Positions 11,477 to 22,186 of a stretch of DNA of 64,000 nt are shown one piece after another. Below the pieces are notes generated by a model that did not search any database, was not told the DNA's origin, and saw nothing but the letters and a program-made list of their open reading frames with translations. This stretch comes from Acidobacteriota bacterium (GTDB lineage Bacteria; Acidobacteriota; UBA890; WLXD01): NCBI GenBank assembly GCA_963666215.2, contig CAXWPL010000005.1, positions 1,024,001 through 1,088,000 of the forward strand, read 5' to 3'. The stretch's first letter is position 1. Every line of letters starts with the position of its first letter. Made by a program: the position numbers and the translations under genes.

Positions 11477-12853
11477 ATGATCCGAACGACTTTCCGCCTC
11501 ATCTTCCCCCTGCTTCTTTTCGGGCTCGCCGGGCCCGACGCCGGCGACACCATCAACGTGGGAGCGGCCGCAGAGCGCAATCGAGAAAGAGCCGGCAGCC
11601 CGGCCATCGCTGCGACGCATTCGACGCCCGCGCCTGCTGGCGGCGCTGGCGACTGGCCACAGCACCTCGGGCCGACCCGAAACGGCGTCGTGCCGGCATT
11701 CGACCTCCGCACTGACTGGGGTCGACGGCCGCTCGCGGCAACGTGGCGCGTAGATGTTGGCGCGGGCTTCGCCGGCCCCGCGGTGGTCGGCGGCCGTCTG
11801 TTGCTCTTCCATCGAGTGGCCAACGAGGAGGTCATCGAAGCGCTGAGCGTCGCCGATGGAGCGTCGCTATGGCGCACCGGATACCCGACGACCTACCGCG
11901 ACGACTTCGGCTTCGACGAGGGGCCTCGGGCCACACCGACCGTGGCTGACGGCCGCGTCTTCACGTTCGGCGCCCAAGGTGTGCTGCAAGCGGTCGACCT
12001 CGAGTCGGGTGAGCGACTGTGGCAGATCAACACCCACTCTCGGTTCGGCGTTCGCAAGAATTACTTCGGCGCCGCGGCCTCGCCGATCGTGATCGACGGT
12101 CGGGTGCTCGTGAACATCGGCGGGATCGATACCAAGAGCGACGAGAGCGGCACGACGGGCGCCGGCATCGTCGCCTTCAATGCGGTCAGTGGTGACGTCA
12201 CCTGGACGGCAACCGACCATGGCGCCAGCTACTCCGCGCCAGTCGTCACCAGCCTCCGCGGCCGCCGCGTTGTTCTCTTCTACACGCGCGAGGGTCTCGT
12301 CGAGCTCGATCCGGAGACGGGTGAGATCTTTGCCTGGTTCCGCTGGCGCCCGCGCTCCAACACCTCGATCAACGCGGCGTCGCCCATCGTCATCGGCAAC
12401 CGAGTCTTCCTGTCGGAGGCCTACGGCACCGGCGCCGTGTTGCTCGACCGCGGCGACACCGGCTTCAGCCCGCTGTGGTCAGGAAACGACATCCTGTCGA
12501 ACCACTACGCCACCAGCCTCCACCACGACGGCACGCTCTACGGCTTCGACGGCGCCCTGCATCTCGGCCCCCCCGCCCTGCGCGCCGTCGACCTCGTTAG
12601 CGGCGACGTCGCCTGGAGCCAGGAGCGTTATGGCGGCGGCGCCGTCCTGCTCGTCGGCGACAAGCTGCTGGTTGTACGCGACAACGGCGAGCTGGTTGTC
12701 GCCGAGGCGAGGCCCGACGCCTTCAGGTCCATCGCCCGGGCAGCGATTCTCTCGCCCACTGTCCGAGCCCTGTCGGCACTGGCGGGCGGCGTTCTGTACG
12801 CCCGCAACAACCGCGAGCTCGTCGCGGTCGACCTCCGAGTCCGAAGACCGTAG
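11477..12853 (+). CDS. Secreted PQQ-like beta-propeller repeat protein
   Basis: Signal peptide, then DWPQHLGPTRNG, GPRATPTV and repeated G..xW propeller motifs. Confidence 0.85.
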   Translation: MIRTTFRLIFPLLLFGLAGPDAGDTINVGAAAERNRERAGSPAIAATHSTPAPAGGAGDWPQHLGPTRNGVVPAFDLRTDWGRRPLAATWRVDVGAGFAGPAVVGGRLLLFHRVANEEVIEALSVADGASLWRTGYPTTYRDDFGFDEGPRATPTVADGRVFTFGAQGVLQAVDLESGERLWQINTHSRFGVRKNYFGAAASPIVIDGRVLVNIGGIDTKSDESGTTGAGIVAFNAVSGDVTWTATDHGASYSAPVVTSLRGRRVVLFYTREGLVELDPETGEIFAWFRWRPRSNTSINAASPIVIGNRVFLSEAYGTGAVLLDRGDTGFSPLWSGNDILSNHYATSLHHDGTLYGFDGALHLGPPALRAVDLVSGDVAWSQERYGGGAVLLVGDKLLVVRDNGELVVAEARPDAFRSIARAAILSPTVRALSALAGGVLYARNNRELVAVDLRVRRP

Positions 12854-12881
12854 CGCTCTGCGCACCCAGCGCCGGCCAGCA

Positions 12882-15227
12882 TCAGCTCCCGTCGAGAACG
12901 AAGTCCGTCATCTCGCGTTGCAGATCCCACACGAGTCTCGGGTCGCGGACGCCGTGGCGTGAGGCCGGGTAGAGCTTCATGTCGAAGTCCTTGCCGGCAC
13001 GCTCGAGGCCGTAGATGAGCTGCATCGAATTCTGCAGATGGACGTTATCGTCGATGGTGCCGTGCAGCAGCAGGAGGTTGCCGTGCAGGTTGCCGGCTGC
13101 CTTGACGACGGACGTCTGGTCGTAGCCTTCTTGGTTGTTCTGCGGCATCCGCATGTAGCGCTCTGTATAGATGGTGTCGTACAGGTGCCAGTCGGTGACA
13201 GGGGCACCAGCGATGCCGTACGAGAACGTTTGCGAGTGGGTCAGGGCGTAGGAGGCCATGAAGCCGCCGTAGGACCAGCCCCAGATGCCGATGCGCTCGG
13301 GGTCGACAGGCTCGTTTGCCTTCAACCAGGCGATACCGTCCTCGATGTCTCGCAGCTCGACCACGCCGAGCTGCATGTAGGCCTCCCAGGTGGGCTTGAT
13401 GCCCTTGCCGGAGGCAGAGCGGTTGTCGCAGTACCAGATGATGAAGCCCTGCTGCGCGAGCATCTGGTGCCAGAGGTAGCGGTTGCCACCCCAGCTGTTG
13501 CGCACGACGGGCGCGTGCGGGCCGCCGTAGTTGTACTGCAACACCGGGTAGGTCTTCGACGGGTCGAAGTCGGGAGGCCGAATGATCATGGTCTCCATCA
13601 AGAAGCCGTCGCGGGTGGGGACCTGCCTTAGCTCGACCTCCCCGAGGCGCAGCTCCGCGAGTTGCGGCGTGGGGTTGGCATCGACAACGCGGAGCAACTC
13701 GCCACTGTCGCCGGCGTGAACGCGTAACTGCGGCGGGGTGCGAACATCCGACCAGGTATCCACGTAGCGCGTCAGGCTCGGGTTGAATCGGGCCGTGTGG
13801 GTGCCCTCAGCGGTGGACAGGCGAGTGAGCCCGAGGTTGGGAGTGCGGCCGGCGAGCCGCACTCGATACACCTGGCTCGCGATTGGACTGTGCTCGATGC
13901 CGCTGAAGTAGACCCAGCCACCCTCTTCGTCGACGCCGTGAAGGTTACGTACCTCCCACTCGCCGTCGGTGATTTGACGCCGCAGCGCCGGAATGTCGCT
14001 GCGGTCAAACGCGTAGTGGTAGAGGTGCTTGTAGCCGGTGCGCTCCGAGAACCACAGGAACGAGCCGTCGTCGAGCCATCGAGGCGCGCCCATTTCCTGC
14101 ACAAACGCGGGCGTGGTCTCACGGAACAGGGTTGTGGCATTGCCGTTGCTCGGATTGCCCATGTTGAGATCGAGCCAGCGCTGCTCGCGGTCCTGCACCT
14201 GATAGACAAGCCGATCGCCCGTGGGATGCCAGGCGACGTTGACGATCAGATGCTCCATCGAGGCGTACTTGCTGGTGTCGACCCACACGGTGTCGCCACC
14301 GATGGCCTTGACGATGCCGAGCGTGACCGTGGGATTCGGGTCACCAGCGAGAGGGTAGTTCGTCACCTCGATCGTCTGGTTGTTGGGCAGGTTGTTGACG
14401 ACAACGAACTCCTTGACCGGCGACTCGTCGAGCCGCAGGTACGCCAGGTGGGTCGAGTCGGGACTCCACCAGTAGGCCTTGAAGTTGCCGCGGCCATAGA
14501 TCTCTTCCTGGTAGACCCAGTCGAGGCGCCCGTAGAAGAGCTCGTCACTGCCGTCGCTGGTCAGCGCACGCTCGCGACCCGACTCGACATCAATCAGATG
14601 CAGGTTGTAGTCGCGCACGAACGATACAAACTTGCCGTCGGGCGACAGTTCCTCCCCCACTTCGGGCTGCGGATCGTAGGTCAATCGCTCCGCCGTGAAC
14701 GCGGCACCGTCGCCCGATCCGTGGCTGACGACGAACAGGTCGTTGGCGTAATTGAGGAGTACCTGCAGCGCACCGCGCGCCAAACCCGTCGCCGCGGTTC
14801 GCGCCAAGCGACTCGCGTCGTCATCTGTAATGCCCGCCAACCCACCCAAAGCAGCCTCCACGGCTCCGATGTCGACGGCGGGCTCGATGTCTCCGTTGAT
14901 GGCGTGAACCTTCATCCAATCCCCGCCGCTCCGTCCTCCAGCAGCGCCGCCGCCGCCACCGGCCGGCGCGTCCTGCTGCAAGTAATGGTCGTCGTCGATC
15001 CACGCGACGACGCGCACGGGCGAGCCTCCGTAGTTGATGCGCTCCGCGGCCTCAGGGCTGTACAACGATGCGAGAGTGATCGCCCCATCTGTCTGCGAAG
15101 CCGATTCGATCATTGGCGCGGCCGCAGAGGTCGACGACCAAGCCAAAGCGACGGAGAGCACAGCGAAGACTGCCGCGGCAGTCGTGGGGGACACGAGAGC
15201 ACGTGTCGGCTGAACTTGGGATGTCAA
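12882..15227 (-). CDS. S9-family dipeptidyl peptidase IV-like serine peptidase
   Basis: Motifs DWVYQEEI, WWSPD, YGGP, GWSYGG (Ser), HGTIDDNVH (Asp) and RHG (His); has a signal peptide. Confidence 0.93.
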   Translation of the reverse strand: MTSQVQPTRALVSPTTAAAVFAVLSVALAWSSTSAAAPMIESASQTDGAITLASLYSPEAAERINYGGSPVRVVAWIDDDHYLQQDAPAGGGGGAAGGRSGGDWMKVHAINGDIEPAVDIGAVEAALGGLAGITDDDASRLARTAATGLARGALQVLLNYANDLFVVSHGSGDGAAFTAERLTYDPQPEVGEELSPDGKFVSFVRDYNLHLIDVESGRERALTSDGSDELFYGRLDWVYQEEIYGRGNFKAYWWSPDSTHLAYLRLDESPVKEFVVVNNLPNNQTIEVTNYPLAGDPNPTVTLGIVKAIGGDTVWVDTSKYASMEHLIVNVAWHPTGDRLVYQVQDREQRWLDLNMGNPSNGNATTLFRETTPAFVQEMGAPRWLDDGSFLWFSERTGYKHLYHYAFDRSDIPALRRQITDGEWEVRNLHGVDEEGGWVYFSGIEHSPIASQVYRVRLAGRTPNLGLTRLSTAEGTHTARFNPSLTRYVDTWSDVRTPPQLRVHAGDSGELLRVVDANPTPQLAELRLGEVELRQVPTRDGFLMETMIIRPPDFDPSKTYPVLQYNYGGPHAPVVRNSWGGNRYLWHQMLAQQGFIIWYCDNRSASGKGIKPTWEAYMQLGVVELRDIEDGIAWLKANEPVDPERIGIWGWSYGGFMASYALTHSQTFSYGIAGAPVTDWHLYDTIYTERYMRMPQNNQEGYDQTSVVKAAGNLHGNLLLLHGTIDDNVHLQNSMQLIYGLERAGKDFDMKLYPASRHGVRDPRLVWDLQREMTDFVLDGS

Positions 15228-15279
15228 GGGAGCAGCTACCTTTCAGTTGAGCGCGCCGAGGGCTTGAGAATCTGCCCAT

Positions 15280-15397
15280 TCTAGCGTCACGCGCTCCGCT
15301 ACTCGTGGCTCACAGCGTTCCCGAGCGGCTCAGCCAGGGCACCACCACGCTCTTCAGGATGGTTCGGAGGCGAGCTTGTTGTGCGGGTGACGCTAGA
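15280..15397. mobile_element. MITE-like element with 15-bp terminal inverted repeats and CTAG ends
   Basis: TCTAGCGTCACGCGC (15280-94) and GCGGGTGACGCTAGA (15383-97) are complementary at 14 of 15 positions; the interior is non-coding. Confidence 0.5.
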
Positions 15398-16097
15398 CCA
15401 GCTGGCGAGCCATCAAGCGGGCGAACAAGCCCTCCTCCTCGCGCAGGCTGGCGAAGGTGCCACTCTGAACGACCTTGCCCGCATCGATCACATAAATGCG
15501 GTCGGCGTTTTCGATGGTGCTGAGCCGGTGGGCGACGACAATACGTGTGACCTGGAGCTGATCGAGGCTGGCGGTGACGATCGCCTGAGTCCGGTTGTCG
15601 AGGGCGCTGGTTGCCTCGTCGAACAGCAGCATGCGCGGGCGATGGACGCGTGCCCGGGCGATCTTCAGGCGCTGACGCTGGCCTCCGGATATGTTCGACG
15701 CGCCCACGCTGATCATCGTGTGCATCTCCATCGGCAGCGCTTTGATGTCGTCCTCGAGACCGGCCGCGCGCGCCGCCCCCCAAGCCTCGTCGAGCGTGAT
15801 CGACGCACCGCTGCCGATGATGTCGAAAAGCGACCCCGCCAGCGCACGGGTGTCCTGCATCACGATGCCGAGCTGGCGACGCACCGCATGGACGTCGAGT
15901 CGTCCGAGATCCTTGTCGTCGAAGCTGACCGTGCCGGCCTCGGGAGTCTCGAAGCCCCGCAGCAGGCGCAGCACCGTCGACTTGCCGCTCCCGGAGGGCC
16001 CGACGAGCGCCACGAACTCTCCCGGATCGGCGCTCACCGTCACGTCGTCGAGTATCGTCGGCCCGTCTTCGCTGTAGCGGAACGTCACGCGCTCGAG
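15393..16097 (-). pseudogene. Orphan C-terminal ATPase domain of an NHLM/peptidase-type ABC exporter
   Basis: Walker A GPSGSGKST, signature ISGGQRQR, Walker B FDEATSALDN and H-loop AHRLST. Similarity begins abruptly at LERVTFRY, with no membrane domain upstream. Confidence 0.75.
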
Positions 16098-16331
16098 GCC
16101 AGGGTTTGCACACCGAACCACGAGGTCACCAACACCGTGGCGAGCGCGGTCACAAGCGCCACCGCACGCCTGTAGCGCCGCGACCATCTGCACCGAGCGC
16201 GCCTGCGGAATGACGCTGTCGCCGCGACAAGGATGGAGCCCTGCTAGTATCCGACCCGCCGCTCCCGCTCCATCGAGTTGTCCCATCGTCGGCCCAACAA
16301 CGTCGACGCTGTAGCCAGGAGACGTCTGCAC

Positions 16332-16973
16332 ATGAACAGCCGCGCCCTGATCGCCGAGTTCATCGGCACCTTTGCACTCATCTTCATCGGCGCCGGCGCC
16401 GGCGCTATCGGGGCTGGCGGGCTCGTTGGTGTGGCCTTCGCCCACGGCCTGGTGGTGCTCGGCTTCGCCTATGCCTATGGCCACATCTCCGGGACGCACG
16501 TCAACCCGGCGGTGACCGTGGGCCTGTGGGCGGGTAAACAAATCGACACCGCCGGCGCGCTCAGCTACATCGTCGCGCAGTTGGCTGGCGGTGCTACGGC
16601 TGCGTTCGCGCTGCGGGCGATCCTCGGTCCCGAGAGCGGCCTCGGCGCCACCGTGCTCGCCGACGGCGTCTCGCCGATTCAGGGTCTGGTTCTCGAGGCC
16701 ATCCTCACCTTCTTCCTGGTCAACGCGGTGTTCAACACAGCCGTATCGGGCAAGGCGGGCAACATGGCGCCGGTCGCAATCGGCCTGACGCTGACCTTCT
16801 GCATCCTCATGGGTGGCCCTGTCACCGGCGCCTCGCTCAACCCGGCCCGCACCCTCGGTCCGGCGCTCGCCACGGGCAACTTCGCCGACATCTGGCTCTA
16901 CATCGCCGGGCCGATCATCGGCGCCGTCGCCGCCGCGCTACTCTACGGGGCGGTCCTGAAGCCAGAAGACTGA
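16332..16973 (+). CDS. MIP/aquaporin channel protein
   Basis: Two NPA motifs (ISGTHVNPAVT, GASLNPART) and AEFIGTF; RBS AGGAG precedes ATG16332. Confidence 0.93.
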   Translation: MNSRALIAEFIGTFALIFIGAGAGAIGAGGLVGVAFAHGLVVLGFAYAYGHISGTHVNPAVTVGLWAGKQIDTAGALSYIVAQLAGGATAAFALRAILGPESGLGATVLADGVSPIQGLVLEAILTFFLVNAVFNTAVSGKAGNMAPVAIGLTLTFCILMGGPVTGASLNPARTLGPALATGNFADIWLYIAGPIIGAVAAALLYGAVLKPED

Positions 16974-17018
16974 ATCCGGCGGGACGCGACCGGGGCACGA
17001 GAACACAGCCGATCAACC

Positions 17019-17582
17019 TTGCAATTCTCCGCGCACAAACGATCTGCAGCCGTGCAGGTTCTGGTGCCCTTTCTGCTCGCCACCGGTCTCGGCGTCGCGG
17101 CATTCGTCCGTGGCTACCCGCTCGTCCGCGGTTGGTGGGCGCAGCAAACCTGCGTGGAAACCACGGCGACGGTACTGCGCAGCGAGGCGGTGCCCGTGCA
17201 TAGCCGGTCGATGGCCGGCGGGCGCAACCCGGAGATCGACGGCTGGGTGGTGCAACTCGACTTCGCCCATACGATTGACGGCTCGCGTTACGAAACCCGC
17301 GAGTACTGGATGCAGCGGGTGTGGCGCCGTGGGCTGGAAGTCAGCAGCGCCGCCGACATCGAAGTTCCCTTGGTCTGCTCCGAGCTCCAGGTGTGCTACT
17401 CGTCGGGACTGCCGGCTGAGGCTCGTGTTGCTGGCGACTCGATGACCGCCCAGGCCATCCTCACCGGCCTCGGACTCTGGACCCTTGGCGTGGTGCTGGT
17501 CGGATCCACGCTGTTCGGGGCACCCAAGCTCTGGCGCTCCGAGCTCGCGCGTTCGGACGGCGGCGACCGCGCCAGCGGCTAG
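17019..17582 (+). CDS. Two-TM membrane protein, DUF3592-like
   Basis: Architecture of TM helix, then a T.ATV...IDGSRY...V.Y...P.EAR domain, then a second TM helix. Start uncertain. Confidence 0.55.
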   Translation: MQFSAHKRSAAVQVLVPFLLATGLGVAAFVRGYPLVRGWWAQQTCVETTATVLRSEAVPVHSRSMAGGRNPEIDGWVVQLDFAHTIDGSRYETREYWMQRVWRRGLEVSSAADIEVPLVCSELQVCYSSGLPAEARVAGDSMTAQAILTGLGLWTLGVVLVGSTLFGAPKLWRSELARSDGGDRASG

Positions 17583-17663
17583 TCCCGCAACGGCGTTGGC
17601 CGCGCTCGGAACGCCGTACGCCGTACGCCGAAACCCCCGACTGGAGGCTTCGGCTCTTCCCCG

Positions 17664-18129
17664 CTACGCCAACCTCGGACTCCTCGCGGCGGGCCGTCCG
17701 CTCCCCGGTCGGCCAGTCACACTGCCGTTCTCGTAGACCACCTCGCCGCGCCGGATCGTAGTCACAGGCCAGCCCGTGATCGACCAGCCCTGGAAGGGCG
17801 TGTAGTCGGAGTTGGACGGATCGTCGGCCGCATCGACGATGCGCTCGAGCTCGGGATCGAGAATCACGACGTCCGCAATCGCGCCCTCGCGCACAACCCC
17901 TCTCTCCGGATAAAGCCCGAACGTACGTGCGGCCACCGTGGACGTGACCTCCACGAAGCGCTCAGCCGAAATCCGTCCCTTGCGCACACCCTCGGAGAAC
18001 AGCACCGGGCGCATGAATCGGAGGTCGCTGACGCCGGGCCGCAAGCGACCTACGTTCAACTCGGGGTCGAGCTTCTGCTCGCGCGTCCAGGGCGCGTGGT
18101 CGGTGGCCAAGAAGTCGATTCTTCCGCCA
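17664..18129 (-). pseudogene. C-terminal fragment of a dihydropyrimidinase/allantoinase-type amidohydrolase
   Basis: Motifs IDFLATDHAP, ARTFGLYP, GAIADVVILDP, DYTPFQG and GWPVTTIRRG; the N-terminal HxH metal site is absent. Confidence 0.8.
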
Positions 18130-18331
18130 GATCGCCGGCTGGACTGAGCCGGACGTCGCGCGATTCGCGGCCGAGCTGGGACTCTATGGTGAACGAATCG
18201 AGCGCAACCGCTGGGTCGCTTCCGCAAACGCGGCCCACTGGGCGAAGTACGGCTCAGCGCCGTAGGCTTGTTGAAGATCGATCCCGAGATCGATCTCGAC
18301 CTCATGACGAGTCTGCGACCAGGGTGGGTAG

Positions 18332-18823
18332 ATGAAGCGCTTGATTCTGTTGCGTCACGCGAAGTCCGACTGGGCTGCCGACTATGGCGGCGATCACGAA
18401 CGACCGATCAACCAAAGAGGCCATCGGGCGGCGGAAGCGATGGGCCGCTGGCTGAGCCTCACCGGTCACGCGCCGGATCACGTGGTGTCGTCGTCTGCCG
18501 TGCGGGCACGCACAACCGCTGAGGTGGCGGCCGCTGGCGGAGATTGGGAAGCCGATATCGAGATCGACTCGGCGGTCTATGAAGCCGCCCCCGGCCAGAT
18601 TCTCCAGATCGCGAGCCAGCAACGTGATGACTGCAACACCGTCGTCATCGTCGGCCATCAGCCGGCGATGTCGATGGCCGTCGCGGCACTGATCGGCGGC
18701 GGCCGGATTCGCTTCCCAACAGCGGCCGCCGCGTGCGTGCGCCTCCACTCCGACAGCTGGCAAAGCGTCGCCGCGGGAAGCGGTGAGCTGCTCTGGATGT
18801 TGCCCTCGCGCCTGCTGACCTAG
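18332..18823 (+). CDS. sixA: SixA-type histidine phosphatase
   Basis: Motifs LLRHAKS, DHERP, SSSAVRARTT, VGHQP and FPTAA. Confidence 0.85.
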   Translation: MKRLILLRHAKSDWAADYGGDHERPINQRGHRAAEAMGRWLSLTGHAPDHVVSSSAVRARTTAEVAAAGGDWEADIEIDSAVYEAAPGQILQIASQQRDDCNTVVIVGHQPAMSMAVAALIGGGRIRFPTAAAACVRLHSDSWQSVAAGSGELLWMLPSRLLT

Positions 18824-18996
18824 GCACGAGACACACGGGCGCGGGTGGCTTGCCCCGGTAGCTAGCCAGCGGCCGGTGTTGTCCTGTGGGATTACGCCAG
18901 GGTTTTGGCGCATCACACATGCGGCGCCACACTAGGCGAGTTCGACCCCCGAGCCGCCTGCTTGGGTGATGCTCATTCCCCAAAAACCTCTCCCGT

Positions 18997-21900
18997 GTGG
19001 CGATGCCCGACGAGCGCAGCCAGATTACCGACTCCACGACCGCCACCGGCGAAACGCCCGCTCGCCGGCCCCTTGGCGACCTGCCGCGCGCGAGCTCGTC
19101 ACTCGGCGGGTGGCGCCTGATCGCCCTCGTCAACGCACTGTTCTTCGCTGGCGTTTCAGTTCGTTGGATCGAGTATCTGAGGGGCAGCGTTCCCGACGAA
19201 AAGATCCTGTTGGCGCGTGTTGGATGTGGCGCGATGGCGCTCGCCGCCGCTGCCGTGGTGGTCGGCTATCCGCGCTTGCAGGCCACGCTACGGGCACTGG
19301 GCGACGCCATTGCCCACCGCTTCCCCGACGAAGCCGAGTATCGGCCGGAGGCACGTCGCGTCGAGAACATCCTTGCAGCGGTCTTCGTCGCGGCATTGAG
19401 CTGGCTGGCGCTCCACCTTCTGCTGTCTCCTCACTTCGTCTTTTTTGCCTTCCTGATCGAGGACGGCCCCATCGAGAGCATCACGGCGCTTCTCTACCTG
19501 GCCGCGGCCGGAATGCAGATCAGATGGGCCCTTCTCGCCAGGTCCCGACGCGGCACCGCACTCTTCCTCGGGGCGATGGGTGCGTTGTTCTTCGTCATTG
19601 GTATGGAGGAGATGAGCTGGGGCCAGCGATTGATCGGCTATGAAGTGCCGACGGCGATCCGCGAGCTCAATGTTCAGGGTGAGATCACACTCCACAACCT
19701 GTGGTCGAACACCCTCAACCAGCTAGCCGCGATCCTGGTCGCCTCGACGCTGCTTTACTTCCTCCCATTGGCGAGCTTCCTGTCGCCACGACTCCGGCGA
19801 GCCGTCGAAGGACTGGGCATTCCCATCGTTCGCATCCGATACGCCGCGATGTTCGCGCTCGGCTACGCCTCGTACCTGTTCGTGGGCTGGAACATCGGCA
19901 CGTTCGGAATCGGTCGCTACCGGTTCGACCCGACGGTACCGCGCCACGCCGACGATGAGTTGCTCGAGTTCGTCATCTGCATGCTCTTTTTCGCGCTTGC
20001 CGCCAGCGGCTGGCGCCTGCGCTTCGAGCAAGTCCAGCGCCGCACCATCGCGCTCAGCACGGCTCCCCTGCTGGCGTCGGCCGGAGTCGCCGCGCTGGCG
20101 ATCACTGTCGCCGACTGCGTTCTCCTGCAGCGCAAGTACGGGATCTTCACAGGCAGCTTCCTGAGAACGGCCGGGCTCGACGGCTGGCAACTGCTGGCCT
20201 TTCTGAGCGGTTCGCTGGTGCTCGATATGGCGTTCGCTTTTCCGCTGGTGGTGATGGCTCTGTTCGCCTGTCGCCGCCTGCGCTGGATGACCCGCTGGCA
20301 ACAGGCCTTCACCGCGGCAATGATCGGTGTCCTGCCGATCGCGCTCTTCACATTGATCCGCTTCGAGGTCGCCCGTTTCTTCGGCGACCAGGTGCAGTTC
20401 ACCACGCTGCGGCATCTTGCCAGCGGCAGCATTGTGGAGATGCTGCTGCAGGCGAGCTCTCACCTGCTGGGCGGGGCCCTGCTCGTGGGCGGCTTCGCAA
20501 CCGCGGTGGTCATCGGCAATTGGATCCTTCGACGGCTGCCCCTGCTGCGCTCAACCGAGGTTGCAGCACCCACCGCGAACGCAATCAACCTCCGGCGCCT
20601 GGCAACCTACGGCAGCGTACTGCTGCTCGCCGCCCCGATGACTACGGCCCTCGCCACGGTCGCCGACAGCCACCTGTTCTGGTCGCTGCAGAGCAAAACT
20701 ACCGGCGGATGGGCAAGCGGGCTGGCGTCGTGGCTAACCGACTTCGATCGCGACGGCTACGGCCTGGTGAACGCTCCCCGCGACTTCGCGCCGCTACGCC
20801 ACGATCTGCACCCCTTCGCGGTGGATTGGCCCGGCAACGGCATCGACGAGAACGGCGTGGGCGGCGACCTTCCGAGGTCCGCGCTGCTACCCGGCGTGCA
20901 GCCGGCGACCCTCTTTGCGCGCCGCCCGGATGTGGTCGTGATCGTGCTCGAGAGCTTCCGGCGAGACAACCTCACCGCGGTCGTGAACGGCAACCCGGTG
21001 ACGCCACGCTTGAGGGCCCTGGTGAACGAGGGCGCGAACGAGCTCTGGGCTTACGCCCACAGCAGCTACACCACCGACTCCAGGAGTCACCTGCTCACCG
21101 GTACTCTGCACGGACGTGCGGCGACCACGCTCGTCGACGACTTCCGCGACAACGGCTACGCAACCGTGGTGGTGTCCGGAGCCGACGAGAGCTTCGCCGA
21201 CATGGATATCGACGGCGGCATGCGACGAGCCGACATCTTCGTTGACTCACGCAACGACATGGACGAACGCACCTCCCCCTTCACGACGGCCGGAAGTCTG
21301 CACGTGCCATGGCCGGTTGTGGTGCGCAACGCGGCCAACGTGGTGGCGGCGCTCGAGGACGCCGGCGACGATCGTCCGCTGTTCCTGTTCATCAACCTGA
21401 TCGACTGCCATTTCCCGTACAGCAGTCACGCCACCGAGCACCTGCTCGAGCTGCCGCAGGGCGAGCCGATCTCGCGCTCTCGAATCGGCCCCGATAACGC
21501 CGAGTGGCTGCAGGCCACGTACCGCAACTCGGCCGCCAACGTCGACCGAGCGGTGGGCCAGATCATCGACAACCTGCGCGAACAGCGTGGTGAGCCTGCC
21601 TTCGTCATCGTCGGTGACCACGGCGAGGGACTCTTCGACACGGCGCCAGGCTCCAGCTCCCCCGTACTCGGTCACGGAACGCAGCTGACGCTGCAGCAAC
21701 AGCAGGTGCCGCTCATCATCGGCGGGCTAGCGTTGCGCGCCGAGTTGCCCCTGGGCATGTCGGAGGTTCGAGGCTTGCTTGTTGACGCTCTCTCACGGCC
21801 GGGCGGCAAGGCCGAGACCGGGGCGAAATCGATCTCGATCAACACCAACAAGTGGGTGCCACTCTACGTCGGCGACGTCGATCGCCCGGCGTCGCTCGGA

Positions 21901-22113
21901 GCCGGCTGGGACTCCGGCATCTTCCGCCTCAACATGGCGACCGGCGAACAGACCACCGTCGGGGTGGTGCCCACAGCCAGTCCGGCGATGACACTGAAGC
22001 TCGTGCACACGTGGGAATCTGTCTTACTGCAACGGACGTCCCCCGTGCCGGATCCACAGCTGGTGATGTTGCCCGCGGCGGCGCCGGGTGTACGCAGCCC
22101 GACGGGTCAATAG
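18997..22113 (+). CDS. Polytopic membrane protein with a C-terminal alkaline-phosphatase/sulfatase-superfamily domain
   Basis: Many TM segments, motif EEMSWGQR..NVQGEITLHN, then VLESFRRD, DCHFPY, GDHGE and GHG. Confidence 0.75.
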   Translation: MAMPDERSQITDSTTATGETPARRPLGDLPRASSSLGGWRLIALVNALFFAGVSVRWIEYLRGSVPDEKILLARVGCGAMALAAAAVVVGYPRLQATLRALGDAIAHRFPDEAEYRPEARRVENILAAVFVAALSWLALHLLLSPHFVFFAFLIEDGPIESITALLYLAAAGMQIRWALLARSRRGTALFLGAMGALFFVIGMEEMSWGQRLIGYEVPTAIRELNVQGEITLHNLWSNTLNQLAAILVASTLLYFLPLASFLSPRLRRAVEGLGIPIVRIRYAAMFALGYASYLFVGWNIGTFGIGRYRFDPTVPRHADDELLEFVICMLFFALAASGWRLRFEQVQRRTIALSTAPLLASAGVAALAITVADCVLLQRKYGIFTGSFLRTAGLDGWQLLAFLSGSLVLDMAFAFPLVVMALFACRRLRWMTRWQQAFTAAMIGVLPIALFTLIRFEVARFFGDQVQFTTLRHLASGSIVEMLLQASSHLLGGALLVGGFATAVVIGNWILRRLPLLRSTEVAAPTANAINLRRLATYGSVLLLAAPMTTALATVADSHLFWSLQSKTTGGWASGLASWLTDFDRDGYGLVNAPRDFAPLRHDLHPFAVDWPGNGIDENGVGGDLPRSALLPGVQPATLFARRPDVVVIVLESFRRDNLTAVVNGNPVTPRLRALVNEGANELWAYAHSSYTTDSRSHLLTGTLHGRAATTLVDDFRDNGYATVVVSGADESFADMDIDGGMRRADIFVDSRNDMDERTSPFTTAGSLHVPWPVVVRNAANVVAALEDAGDDRPLFLFINLIDCHFPYSSHATEHLLELPQGEPISRSRIGPDNAEWLQATYRNSAANVDRAVGQIIDNLREQRGEPAFVIVGDHGEGLFDTAPGSSSPVLGHGTQLTLQQQQVPLIIGGLALRAELPLGMSEVRGLLVDALSRPGGKAETGAKSISINTNKWVPLYVGDVDRPASLGAGWDSGIFRLNMATGEQTTVGVVPTASPAMTLKLVHTWESVLLQRTSPVPDPQLVMLPAAAPGVRSPTGQ

Positions 22114-22186
22114 CTCCTGAGCGCGATCGAAGTCGAAGTCGAGGTTGACTGCACGACAAATCGGGAGCTCTCGAAGCCGGCGCTCG

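Noticed and set aside
16085-16228. Signal-peptide-like frame (RRAVALVTALATVLVTSWFG) upstream of the ABC fragment
   Set aside because: No start codon precedes the basic and hydrophobic stretch in that frame. It may be a remnant of another gene but cannot be supported as a feature.
17611-17631. Short ACGCCGT tandem repeat
   Set aside because: Only about three units between convergent genes, with no evidence of function.
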